Positions 15,021 through 26,171 of a stretch of 64,000 nt of DNA are shown in pieces (the first letter of the stretch is position 1; every line of letters starts with the position of its first letter). Position numbers and translations under genes: made by a program. The notes below the pieces were generated by a model. It was not told where the DNA came from and ran no database searches. It worked only from the letters and a program-made list of their open reading frames with translations. The stretch is from Ranitomeya imitator (Eukaryota): assembly GCF_032444005.1 (NCBI RefSeq), contig NC_091285.1, positions 313,844,001 through 313,908,000 on the forward strand, written 5' to 3'.

Positions 15021-15596
15021 TGTAATAAACTTAGTGCTAAGTGCAGTGGAGATCAGTATCATGGGTCAGAAAAGAGGCCGAGAGTCAATAGGTTAAGAGT
15101 TCAAGAATATTTATAATGATATGCAGGTAAACAGCTATGACACAGCAGGTTAGTAGCAGACAGAGCTGGATAGGCAGTAAGCACGTGTACAGACCGTGGA
15201 AGTCCAAGTATGTGAGATCCAGAGACCTGGAGACCAGGCTAGGCCTCCTAGCAGGGAGCAGTCCAGCAGCAGAGACGGGTGCAGAGCGGATCCAGGGAAA
15301 CAAGTCTTTGCAATGAAGAGATGTAGAACCGGAGACAGATGGGGTATCCCAAAGTAACGAAGAAACCAGCAAGATAGCAGTTCTTCCAGCTTGATCACAA
15401 GTCAGGAACAAGATACTCAAGCAATGAGTATATATTCAGAGCTCCCTTAAATACACCACAGACAGGAACATGGAAAATCTGACAGGAAACAAGATGGCCC
15501 CCGTGAGGCCAATGACTCCATCTTAGGTAAGGGCAAAAGTAACTGAACTGAGGGCAAACAGCAACTAGAAACAGATATACAGTCCAAGTCCTTACA
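15021..15596 (-). repeat. 3' LTR of element A
   Basis: Direct repeat of 20082-20657 (offset 5061). Confidence 0.97.
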
Positions 15597-18467
15597 TTAC
15601 TCCCTTCTTAAAAAACGTCCTCTGGACGATCTCAAGTCTGGCTTATTGGGGTATCTGCTGTGAAACATTCTGATCAGATGGGGAGCATGGATGTTCTCCA
15701 GAGGTTCCCAGGAATTTTCTTCAGTCGAGTATCCCTGCCATTTCACCAGATACTGAAGACGTCTCCTATGAATCCGTGAATCCAAGATTTTCTCCACGAC
15801 GAATTCCTCTTGCCCGTCAATGAGGACTGGATCAGGAGGAGCAGAGGTGCGTCCGGGAAAAGAATTAGGCACTGCTGGTTTAAGCAGGGAAACATGGAAA
15901 ACAGGATGAATTCTTAGAGAGTTAGGCAACTTGAGTCGACAGGCTACAGGACTCACAATACCGCTGATCTTATATGGGCCAACATATTTTTGCCCCAACT
16001 TGGAAGTCGGAATTCTGAGTTTCAAGTTTTTTGTTGAGAGCCAGACCATGTCTCCTACCTTGTATGTTGGTGCTGGCTTACGGAATCTGTCTGCTGCCTT
16101 TTTAAATCTTTCCTGTGCTGAAACTAAAGTATTCTTTAGAACGTCCAAATTTTGCTGTAAAGATGCAATGCGGTCAGCAACCGCAGGCACAGACATGTCT
16201 ATGGGGAGTCGAGGGAGAATACTGGGATGATATCCCTTGTTAGCAAAGAACGGAGATAATTTGGTTGAAGCATTCTGAGAGTTGTTATACGTGAACTCAG
16301 CCAATGGCAGTAGACTCACCCAATCGTCTTGAAGATGACACACGTAGCAACGCAGATACTGCTCCAAAGTTTGGTTGGTTCGCTCTGTTTGGCCGTTAGA
16401 CTGTGGATGAAAAGCAGATGATAATTTTACTTTGATGTCCAGAGCAGCACAGAAGCTTTGCCAGAACCGTGAGGTGAATTGAACCCCACGATCAGATATT
16501 ACTTCATCCGGAGCTCCGTGTAAACGAAAAACATTTTGCACAACAAGATCCGCTGTTTGCTTAGCTGTTGGGACACCAGCACAGGGAATAAAATGAGCAG
16601 CTTTAGTCAACCGGTCAACTACTACAAGAATCGTGGTTTTTCCCTGTGACAAAGGCAACTCCACAATAAAATCCATTGAAATAGAGCCCCAGGGACGGGA
16701 TGGAACAGGCAGAGGTTGCAACAGTCCAGTAGGTGAAGAACGAGGAACTTTTGACTTGGCACATACCTCACATGATGAGACATACCGAAGAACATCTTTC
16801 CGAAAAGTCGGCCACCAGAAAAAACGAGACAGAAATTCCTGAGTCTTCTGAACTCCCCTATGACCGGCAACCTTAGAGTCATGCATTAATTTCAACACAC
16901 TCAGTTTTACTGTTTCTGGGATATACAAACGCTGTCCTTGAAACCAAAGTCCATTCTTGAAAGTCAGATTTACCTGAGTGGGTGGCTGACTCAAAAGCGA
17001 ATCTGCAGCATAAGCTTCCTTAATCTCAGTTAGAAGATCCTGATTATGCAAGACGCTTACAAAGTTTTTCTCAGATAGAATGGTCCTTGAAGATGAAGCT
17101 GAAATTGCTTCATCTGAATGAATCCTGGATAGTGCATCAGCCTTCTTATTACGCGAGCCCGGCCTATAGGAAATGACAAAATCAAATTGATTAAGAAAGA
17201 GATTCCACCGAGCCTGTCTAGGTTTCAGACATCTTGCCGACCTCATGAATTCAAGATTCCGATGATCCGTGAGTATAACAATCTGTTGGGATGCTCCTTG
17301 TAACAGATGTCTCCATTCCTTAAATGCGGTTATGATGGCTAACAGTTCCTTATTGCCAACGTCATAATTCCTTTCTGCGGGTGACAATTTTTGCGAGAGA
17401 AAGGCACACGGATGCAAGAGATCTTTCTCACCTGTTCTTTGCGAAAGTATGGCCCCTACAGCACAGTCCGAGGCATCCACTTCCACTATGAAGGCCTTGT
17501 CTGGATCAGGGTGGACAAGAATGGGAGCTGTCGTAAATCTAGATTTCAACGTAGAAAATGCTGTTTGAGCTTGAGGAGACCAGACGAATGGCGTCTTCTT
17601 CTGGGTTAACTGAGTGATGGGTGCAACGATCGCTGAAAAATTTTTAATAAAGCGTCTGTAAAAATTGGCGAATCCGATGAATCGCTGTACTTCCTTCACC
17701 GACTTAGGAGTTGGCCACTCCTGAATGGCTTGGGTCTTGCTTGCATCCATACTGAGACCCTGGGGAGAAATAACATATCCCAAGAATTGAATTTCTGTTT
17801 TGTGAAACTCACATTTCTCCAGTTTGATGTATAAGTGATTCTGCCGTAGACGATCCAAAACCATTTTCACGTGTCGCTGGTGGTACTCGATATTGCTGGA
17901 AAAAATCAAAATGTCATCCAAATAAATCACAACAAAAATATCGAGTATATCCCTGAAAACATCATTCGCCAAATGCTGGAATGTAGCCGGTGCGTTACGA
18001 AGGCCGAAAGACATAACGAGATACTCGAAATGCCCATAACGTGACCGAAACGCCGTTTTCCACTCATCGCCAGGACGAATCCGTACTAGATTGTACGCTC
18101 CACGAAGATCCAATTTTGTGAAGATTTTGGCATGTCGCACTCTCTCAAGTAATTCGGGAATTAGTGGAAGTGGATAAGAGTTTCTGATTGTGATTTTGTT
18201 GAGCTCCCGGTAATCAATGCATGGTCGGAGTGAGCCATCTTTCTTTTTGACAAAGAAGATTGGAGCACCTGCTGGGGAGGAAGATGGTCGTATAAACCCC
18301 TTAGCTAGGTTTTCATCTATGTATTCCTTGAGAGCTTTTAATTCTGGCCCAGACAATGGATAAATACTCCCGAAAGGAATCGCGGCACCAGGCAATAATT
18401 CCACGGGACAGTCATAAGGCCGATGTGGCGGTAATTTATCCGCATTTTTTTTTGTCACACACATCAC
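15597..18467 (-). CDS. Element A pol: reverse transcriptase, RNase H, integrase, chromodomain
   Basis: LPPHRPYDC, RT VIYLDDILIFS, RNase H DASD, HHCC zinc finger, integrase SMDF/SDRG/GQTER, C-terminal chromodomain EFVVEKILDSR...YLVKWQGY; the stop codon abuts the 3' LTR. Confidence 0.95.
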   Translation of the reverse strand: MMCVTKKNADKLPPHRPYDCPVELLPGAAIPFGSIYPLSGPELKALKEYIDENLAKGFIRPSSSPAGAPIFFVKKKDGSLRPCIDYRELNKITIRNSYPLPLIPELLERVRHAKIFTKLDLRGAYNLVRIRPGDEWKTAFRSRYGHFEYLVMSFGLRNAPATFQHLANDVFRDILDIFVVIYLDDILIFSSNIEYHQRHVKMVLDRLRQNHLYIKLEKCEFHKTEIQFLGYVISPQGLSMDASKTQAIQEWPTPKSVKEVQRFIGFANFYRRFIKNFSAIVAPITQLTQKKTPFVWSPQAQTAFSTLKSRFTTAPILVHPDPDKAFIVEVDASDCAVGAILSQRTGEKDLLHPCAFLSQKLSPAERNYDVGNKELLAIITAFKEWRHLLQGASQQIVILTDHRNLEFMRSARCLKPRQARWNLFLNQFDFVISYRPGSRNKKADALSRIHSDEAISASSSRTILSEKNFVSVLHNQDLLTEIKEAYAADSLLSQPPTQVNLTFKNGLWFQGQRLYIPETVKLSVLKLMHDSKVAGHRGVQKTQEFLSRFFWWPTFRKDVLRYVSSCEVCAKSKVPRSSPTGLLQPLPVPSRPWGSISMDFIVELPLSQGKTTILVVVDRLTKAAHFIPCAGVPTAKQTADLVVQNVFRLHGAPDEVISDRGVQFTSRFWQSFCAALDIKVKLSSAFHPQSNGQTERTNQTLEQYLRCYVCHLQDDWVSLLPLAEFTYNNSQNASTKLSPFFANKGYHPSILPRLPIDMSVPAVADRIASLQQNLDVLKNTLVSAQERFKKAADRFRKPAPTYKVGDMVWLSTKNLKLRIPTSKLGQKYVGPYKISGIVSPVACRLKLPNSLRIHPVFHVSLLKPAVPNSFPGRTSAPPDPVLIDGQEEFVVEKILDSRIHRRRLQYLVKWQGYSTEENSWEPLENIHAPHLIRMFHSRYPNKPDLRSSRGRFLRRE

Positions 18468-20057
18468 TAAAATCCCGATACTCTACCGGCAATGTCGAGT
18501 CGACCGTGACTGCAGTCTTCACTGGAGCCAGCTCTCCAGACAATGCTGATTCATTTGGAAACTGTAATTCTTTTGTTGTCCAATTGATAGTCGGATTTCG
18601 CAGCCGCAACCAAGGCAAACCTAAAATAATAGGAAAATTGGGAGAAGAAATCAACAAAAAGGACATATTTTCAGAATGATCCGCGCCCATACGGATCTTT
18701 AATGGGACTGTTTCAAGTTTCACAGGCCCAGAAATTAGTGGAGACCCGTCCACGGTTTCCATAAACACCGGAGAGTCTCTTTTTCGTGAGCGAATGCCAT
18801 GTTTTTCAGCAAAAGAGATGTCCATAAGATTGCTGCAAGCTCCAGAATCTATCATGGCGGAGCAGGTGATCCAGCAGGAACACACCTGAATTTTGATGGA
18901 AATGCAACAGAGCGAATCCCTCCTCGCTGTGGTAGAACTAACGGAAAGTAAAGCTATGTCCACAGGTGATGATGTTACTGATGAGTCATCAGGAAAATCA
19001 AAGTTTTCAGCAGATATTTCCTGTCTGTGCGGAAGAGAACACACTGAAGATAAATCCGAAAAATCAAGTCCAGTTACCGCAGCTGCGGACTTGCGATTTT
19101 TCCCGGGGCACTCTGAAATATAATGACCCGATTTACCGCAGTAAAAACATAAATTCTCTTTAAAGCGATATTCTTTACGTGCATCGATGGGTTTCCTCCG
19201 TACTGCGTCAATCTGCATAGGTTCCAGCTCTGTCTGAGATAAAGTCTTAGTCAGCGTTTCCTTGGTGGATGGAAAAGGCATAAAGTTATTACGATTAGCA
19301 TCGGCCCATTTTTCTTGGCGACGTTCGGTAAGACGAATATCAATCCGAATGCAATGATGTATAAAGTCAGCCAAGTTAGTAGGTGATTCACCTCGAGCTA
19401 GTTCATCTTTGATGGAAGCAGATAAACCTCTCCTGAACACTGCATATTTCGCTGAATCGCACCATGTTGTATCCAGCACCCATTTCCGAAACTCCATTGC
19501 GTATTCCACAACAGGACGCTTCCCCTGACGTAGTGTCAGTAATGCGGTTTCAGCTGTGATACTCCGATTAGGGTCATCAAACATCTGACACATTGCTGCA
19601 GTAAAGTCTTTCAGGGAATTCAAGCACACATCATTAGTCTCAATCAGTGGATTAGCCCAGGCTAATGCTTTGTTTGTTAGCAACATAATTATAGTCAATA
19701 CTTTATCCCGATCAGTTGCAAACTGGGCTGCACGTGCAGAGAAATACAGCTGACATTGATTCAAAAACCCCCGAAATTTCTCTCACCACCAAACCTGAAT
19801 GGTGGGAGTTTAGGAAAAGCTGGACCAGGAGCCGGGATTGGAGCAGATACCATGTTTGCAGCTGTAATCTCCACATTTGAAAGTCGAGACGCTAAGGCCT
19901 GAATAGACGTATCAGCTACATTCGCATTGTGATTAGTTTGCGATTCTAATGTCCCAAGTTTAGTTTTTATAGCCTGCAGCTCCACATGAAGTCCAGAGAC
20001 AAATGAGCAAAGTTTTTTCATTCGCACCTCCATAGAATCTGACCCAGAGATCTCCAT
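18436..20057 (-). pseudogene. Element A gag-protease, split by a frameshift (19761-20057 and 18436-19764)
   Basis: Gag motifs NQCQLYF and CFYCGKSGHYISEC zinc knuckle, protease MIDSGA; reading-frame breaks near 19775 and at the A9 run near 18445-18453. Confidence 0.88.
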
Positions 20058-20081
20058 TTTTTTTTTTGGGCTTGAGTATTA

Positions 20082-20657
20082 TGTAATAAACTTAGTGCTA
20101 AGTGCAGTGGAGATCAGTATCATGGGTCAGAAAAGAGGCCGAGAGTCAATAGGTTAAGAGTTCAAGAATATTTATAATGATATGCAGGTAAACAGCTATG
20201 ACACAGCAGGTTAGTAGCAGACAGAGCTGGATAGGCAGTAAGCACGTGTACAGACCGTGGAAGTCCAAGTATGTGAGATCCAGAGACCTGGAGACCAGGC
20301 TAGGCCTCCTAGCAGGGAGCAGTCCAGCAGCAGAGACGGGTGCAGAGCGGATCCAGGGAAACAAGTCTTTGCAATGAAGAGATGTAGAACCGGAGACAGA
20401 TGGGGTATCCCAAAGTAACGAAGAAACCAGCAAGATAGCAGTTCTTCCAGCTTGATCACAAGTCAGGAACAAGATACTCAAGCAATGAGTATATATTCAG
20501 AGCTCCCTTAAATACACCACAGACAGGAACATGGAAAATCTGACAGGAAACAAGATGGCCCCCGTGAGGCCAATGACTCCATCTTAGGTAAGGGCAAAAG
20601 TAACTGAACTGAGGGCAAACAGCAACTAGAAACAGATATACAGTCCAAGTCCTTACA
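20082..20657 (-). repeat. 5' LTR of element A
   Basis: Direct repeat of 15021-15596; TATTTAA on the minus strand at 20514-20508. Confidence 0.97.
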
Positions 20658-21714
20658 CACATATTCTTTGACCTTCCCCCAACACTCCATCCCTGTCACT
20701 TGGGTGGTGCCCGCTGGTGTAGCAGTGATGATGGTTAAGCAAATTCTTATCACTACTTCACCTCTGAGGCCAGTGATTAGCTGCAGCGTTCACGTGAATG
20801 ATTGACATCATCAGTGTAGGATAGATGTGGACCAGTGGAGTGTTGGTGCCTGAGCGGCAGGTTATTTATGGGGAAAGTAATGACTATTTCTACATTTACA
20901 ACATTCTCAGCTCTTTTGCAACTTTGGAAACATCTTGGAAAGCCTCTTTAAATGTTAGACGATGTTCAAAATATTTCCCAGTTATTGTGGCTCACTTCTA
21001 AGCCAAATTTCCGTTACAATATTGATGAATGTCAGAAACATTTTGAAAAGAAACAGTAGTTTCATTGTTTTTATGATTGGAGGTAGAGTTAAGTCCACTG
21101 AGTTCAACCTATATCCTAATATAAAACCAATAAATATCCTAATATGTTGATCCAGAGGAAGGCAAAAAGCCTGTGGGCTGACACTAATATTAGGGTAAAT
21201 ATTCATTCCCAAGCAATTATTAACTTTGCGATAGAAAATAATGTGGAGCGGTAAAACAGGACAGATGGAAGAACAATGGGCAAGGCTGTCATCATAAGGC
21301 TGTGTGTGCTGGTGTAAACCCGGAGGAAAGGTATGGTCCTGTTTAATCTTCACCATTCCATCTCATCTGTTATATGTACACAAAACAATAATTACCGTAA
21401 TGAAATCACATGACGTGCTCATAAATGAGTCTTTTAATTGAAACATGTTGTACAATTGAGCTGTAAAGTTAGAAGCCTCTTCCTCATCATGCCGGGAATC
21501 AAACTTTTTAACCTGAACTTGAGAATGTACAACAAAGAATATGAGTGTATTGATTTGTTAACCAGGGGCGTAGCTATGGTATTCTGGGGTGGGATTAGCT
21601 GCAGTATCTAAATGAAAGGCTAGGAAAGCAAACAGAATCATTGTTGCGCAAATGAAAATCTTGCCATGTTGGACCATCAATGTGTTGTAATTGAGATATT
21701 GCTGATGATTAAGG

Positions 21715-22035
21715 CAGGGGTGGGGAACCTCGGGGCCCAGGGCCATTTACAGCCCTCGATGACCCTTTATCAGGCCCCCGAGCAGATTCTCAGGGACCGC
21801 ATTCTTGCGCAGGAAGATGTATTTTGATTGCCACCAGCTCATTAATTTTTTCTTGCTCTGTTAGCACACACATGCAGTGTTCCCTACTGAACATTGAAGG
21901 GCATGCAATGAAAGATTACGTCCTGACACCAGTGCCAGAGTCAGGATGTACTTTGTGGGCGGAGTTTGTACGGCCCTCGAGGGATGGTATAAATATCCAA
22001 ATGGCCCTTGCAGAAAAAAAGATTCCCCACCACTG
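21715..22035. mobile_element. Short hAT MITE
   Basis: TIR caggggtggggaa / ttccccaccactg; 8-bp flanks gattaagg / gcttaagg (1 mismatch). Confidence 0.7.
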
Positions 22036-22985
22036 GCTTAAGGGGTTAACAGCATGAACTGCTATCCACTTTGATTTTTGACGTTTCCATTTTGGAAATG
22101 TTCTAAACATATCTGGGAGGAAACCTGGCGTAAAAGCTACATTCTTCAAGAGAAATCTGTTTTTACTATGAGATAAAATGCGTCAAAGATCTTCTCACAT
22201 TTTGGGCGTTAACGTAATGATACCTACAACTGTATTTGTATGTTTTCTCAAAAGATAACGGAATCCTATACAGTCAATATGAGATCATTTTAGTATATTG
22301 TATATATTGGACCTGAAATACTTGAGAAAAACTTTAAAGAGTTATTTTGAGAATTGTAAGTTATCCCCTATCCACGAGATAAACAATTTACTGATCACTG
22401 AGAGTCCAACGACTGGAAGCCCTGAAGATACCAAAAACAGGGTTCAGGATTCCAGGAACATCGGTCTTCAGAACTCCGTCTTAGGCCCTCTTCACAGGTC
22501 TGTTTTTTGTTTCCATTTGTGGTTTGTTTTTACACGCACACCCGTTGCATTCAATGGTGGTGCACACATGTCAGGTATGTGTCTGTGTGAAAACCCGCAG
22601 ATATGCCAATTTTTTACGTTCACCACGGACAAATTGCATGCCGCAAATGTGCACACTGATGACATCCATGTGCTGGTATGTGTCACGGGTGCTAGAGACA
22701 GCTCTGATCATTATCTTTCCATCTGGTCTCTCTGAGATTAGCGTGATCAGGCAACAATAATGAACATTGTATTCAGCACCCACTGTGTAAATCGTGTGTA
22801 AAATAAATAATTAAATAAGCAAATTAGGGTGGGCTCCAGCATAATTTCGCTATTCAGATATTCACAGTTCATATCGTGCCCAGTTAGCTTATAACAGGGA
22901 GAGAAAATAACCATAGACGTGTGTCCCCAAAATGTCTCATGATGGAGGCTCCCAGTGAGAGAGGCTTCAGCGTTCTCTGTATATA

Positions 22986-23555
22986 CAGTTGTGCTCAAAA
23001 GTTTACATACCCGGGCAGAATTTTTGTTTTCTTGGCCTTTTTTCAGAGAATATGAATGATAACACCCAAACTTTTTCTCCACTCATGGTTAGGGGTGAAG
23101 CCATTTATTGTCAAGCTACTGTGTTTTCTCTTTATAAATCATAATGACAACCCAAAACATCCAAATGACCCTGATCAAAAGTTCACATACCTCATTTCTT
23201 AATACTGTGTATTGCCCCCTCTAACATCAATGACAACTTGAAGCCTTTTGTGGTAGTTGTGGATGAGGTTCTTTATTTTCTCAGATGGTAAAGCTGCCCA
23301 CTCTTCTTGGCAAAAGCCTCCAGTTCCTGTAAATTCATGGGCTGTCTAGCATGAACTGCGCTCTTGAGATATCCCCAGAGTGGCTCAATGATATTGAGGT
23401 CAGGAGACTGAGATGGCCACTCCAGAACCTTCACTTTGTTCTGCTGTAGCCAATGACAGGTCAACTTGGCCTTGTGTTTTGGATCATTGTCATGTTGAAC
23501 GTCCAAGTACGTCCCATGCACAGCTTCCGGGTTGATGAGTGGAAATTTGCCTCCA
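22986..23555 (-). mobile_element. Truncated Tc1 element (one end plus transposase C-terminus)
   Basis: TA|cagttgtgctcaaaagtttacatacc terminus; minus-strand peptide [11 protein letters not shown]...[15 protein letters not shown]; breaks off at a tandem repeat. Confidence 0.85.
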
Positions 23556-23944
23556 GTGTGCATGGCTTCCCAGTTCCTGTCCTGGTGTGCATGGCTTCCC
23601 AGTCCCTGTCCTGGTGTGCATGGCTCCCCAGTCCCTGTCCTGGTTTGCATGGTTCCCCAGTCCCTGTCCTGGTGTGCATGGCTCCCCAGTCCCTGTCCTG
23701 GTGTGGATGGCTTCTCAGTCCCTGTCCTGATGTGTATGGCTTACCAGTCCCTGTCCTGGTGTGGATGGCTCTCCAGTCCCTGTCCTGGTGTGCATGGCTT
23801 CCCAATCCCTGTCCTGGTGTGCATGGCTCCCCAGTCCCTGTCCTGATGTGCATGGATTTCCAGTCCCTGTCCTGGTGTGCATGGCTTCCCAGTCCCTGTT
23901 CTGGTGTGCATGGCTACCCAGTCCCTGTCCTGGTGTGCATGGCT
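23556..23944. repeat. 29-bp minisatellite, about 13 copies
   Basis: Unit gtgcatggcttcccagtccctgtcctggt in head-to-tail copies. Confidence 0.92.
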
Positions 23945-24508
23945 CATTATTCCTATGTATGATTCCTGATAAAAAAAAAAACATTTTATGTACCTGCCTG
24001 CGCTCCCTTGGTGGCACTGCATCTTGTTCCGGCTTCCAGCAGCTCTTCCTGCTGAGCGCATATGTGGCTCCGCTTATTAAGGTAATGAATATGCGTGCCA
24101 CGGCTATTGGAGTGGAGAGGCATGCATATTCATTACCTTAATGAACGGTGCCACGTCATCGCTCGGCAGGAAGAGATGCGGGCGCTGGCGGCCGGAACGA
24201 GATGCAGTGCCAGCACCGTGGGTGCGCTGGTAGGTGAGTATGAGTGCTGGAAGCCGGCACTGTGCGCTATTGCAGCAGCAGCACAGGCTTTAGCCGTCTC
24301 CTGCCTGTGTGACCCGCTGCTCCGCCGCTCCCCCTCCTCCGCTGGCTTTCTGGGATTGTGACTCGTGTATAAGCCGAGGGGGCGTTTTCAGCACAAAAAA
24401 ACGTGGCTGACACTCAAGGTGGCACATGACAGCAAGTATGCAAAGTGCCTCCTCGTGGTTACGTGATAACTGCTTGAACTGGCAGAGTCCGGCCATGTAT
24501 ATATTATA

Positions 24509-25871
24509 CTAGATGGTGGCCCGATTCTAACGCATCGGGTATTCTAGAATATTCATGTCCACGTAGTATATTGCACAGCCCACGTAGTATATTGCCCAGT
24601 CACGTAGTATATTGCCCAGCCACGTAGTATATTGCCCAGCCACGTAGTATATTGCCCAGCCATGTAGTATATTGCCCAGTCACATAGTATATTGTCCAGC
24701 TACATAGTATATTGCCCAGTCACGTAGTATACAGCACAGAGCCACGTAGTATACAACACAGACACATAGTATATTGCCCAGCCACGTAGTATATTGTCCA
24801 GCCACATAGTATATTGCCCAGCCACATAGTATACAGCACAGAGCCACGTAGTATACAGCACAGACACGTAGTATATTGCCCAGTCACATAGTATATTGCC
24901 CAGCCACATAGTATATTGCCCAGCCACATAGTATATTGCCCAGCCACATAGTATATTGTCCCGCCACATAGTATACAGCACAGAGCCACGTAGTATACAG
25001 CACAGACACGTAGTATATTGCCAAGCGACGTAGTATATTGCCCAGTCACGTAGTATATTGCCCAGCCACATAGTATATTGCCCAGCCACGTAGTATATTG
25101 CCCAACCACGTAGTATATTGCCCAGCCACGCAGTATATTGCCCAACCACATAGTATATTGCCCAGTCACGTAGTATACAGCACAGAGCCACGTAGTATAC
25201 TGCCCAGTCACGTAGTATATTGGCCAGTCACGTAGTATGCACCATATCCCATACTCACCTTCCGGAGCGGATCGAAGTGGCCGGTTACCGATGCTCATCG
25301 CGCGCTCTGGTCTGAAGAGTGCATTGCGGTCTCGCGAGATGATGACGTAGCGGTCTCGTGTGACCGTACATCATCATCTTGCGAGATCGCAATGCATGGA
25401 GCGGTCACTGGGGCGTCGTGAGGAGCATCGGTAACCGGGCGCTTCGATTCGGGGGCTCCAGAAGGTGAGTATGTAACTATTTTTTATTTTTTTATTATTT
25501 TTAACATTAGATCTTTTTACTATTCATGCTGCGTAGGCAGCATGAATAGTAAAAAGTTGGTCACACAGGGTTAATAGCAGTGTTAATCGAGTGCGATACA
25601 CCGTGGTCAACGCTGCCATTAACCCTGTGTGAGCGCTGATCGGAGGGGAGTACGGAGCGGGCACTGACTGCGGGGAGGAAGGAGCGGCCATTTGTCCGCC
25701 GGACTGTGCCATTGCTGATTGGTCGCGGCAGCCATGACAGGCAGCTGGCACGACCAATCAGTGACTTGGATTCCATGACGGACAGAGGCCGCGACCAATG
25801 AATATCCGTGACAGACAGAAAGACAGAAGGACAGAACGACGGAAGTAACCCTTAGACAATTATATAGTAGA
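24509..25871 (-). mobile_element. Non-autonomous Helitron carrying a tandem array
   Basis: Minus strand reads A|TCTACTATATA ... cccgat-gcgttaga-atcggg hairpin, 7 nt, CTAG|T: canonical 5' TC, 3' hairpin plus CTAG, A-T target and no TSD. Confidence 0.85.
24560..25240. repeat. 20-bp minisatellite with longer variant units inside the Helitron
   Basis: Unit cacgtagtatattgcccagc, interspersed with cacgtagtatacagcacagagc. Confidence 0.92.
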
Positions 25872-26171
25872 TTACATTATATGTCTGGTATCTGCTCTAT
25901 TCATTGTCTGCAAAACTGATGGAAATAGCCAAGCGCAGTGCTCAGCAGCTCTATGGATAATGAATAGAGCAGAGGCCAAGCATCTGTTCCATCTAGGATG
26001 AGACTACAGACCGCTGTTCTCAGAATTTCTGGGGGGGAGCGCAGTGGTCGAATCCCCAGTGATCAGCAAGTTATCCACAATCCGATGGATCATACATACA
26101 TCGTACATATACTGTACATACACACACATACAGAGCACATACATATACCATACATACATATACCGTACATA

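Larger units (their letters stand above)
15021..20657 (-). mobile_element. Full-length Ty3/Gypsy chromovirus (Tf1/sushi-type) LTR retrotransposon A
   Basis: Two 576-bp TG...CA LTRs (15021-15596, 20082-20657), identical by eye; 5-bp TSD CACAT; PPT aagaagggag next to the 3' LTR; gag-pro-RT-RH-IN-chromodomain gene order. Confidence 0.97.

Noticed and set aside
18440-18460. Programmed -1 ribosomal frameshift between gag and pol of element A
   Set aside because: The shift needed is +1, it lies downstream of the protease, and element B encodes the same junction in one frame; a homopolymer indel is more likely.
23453-24141. Repetitive Cys/Pro-rich ORFs and a CRISPR-like appearance
   Set aside because: Head-to-tail 29-bp units with no unique spacers, in a eukaryotic context with no cas genes.
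24700-25298. Tyr/Trp-rich ORFs
   Set aside because: Product of the 20-bp Helitron array.
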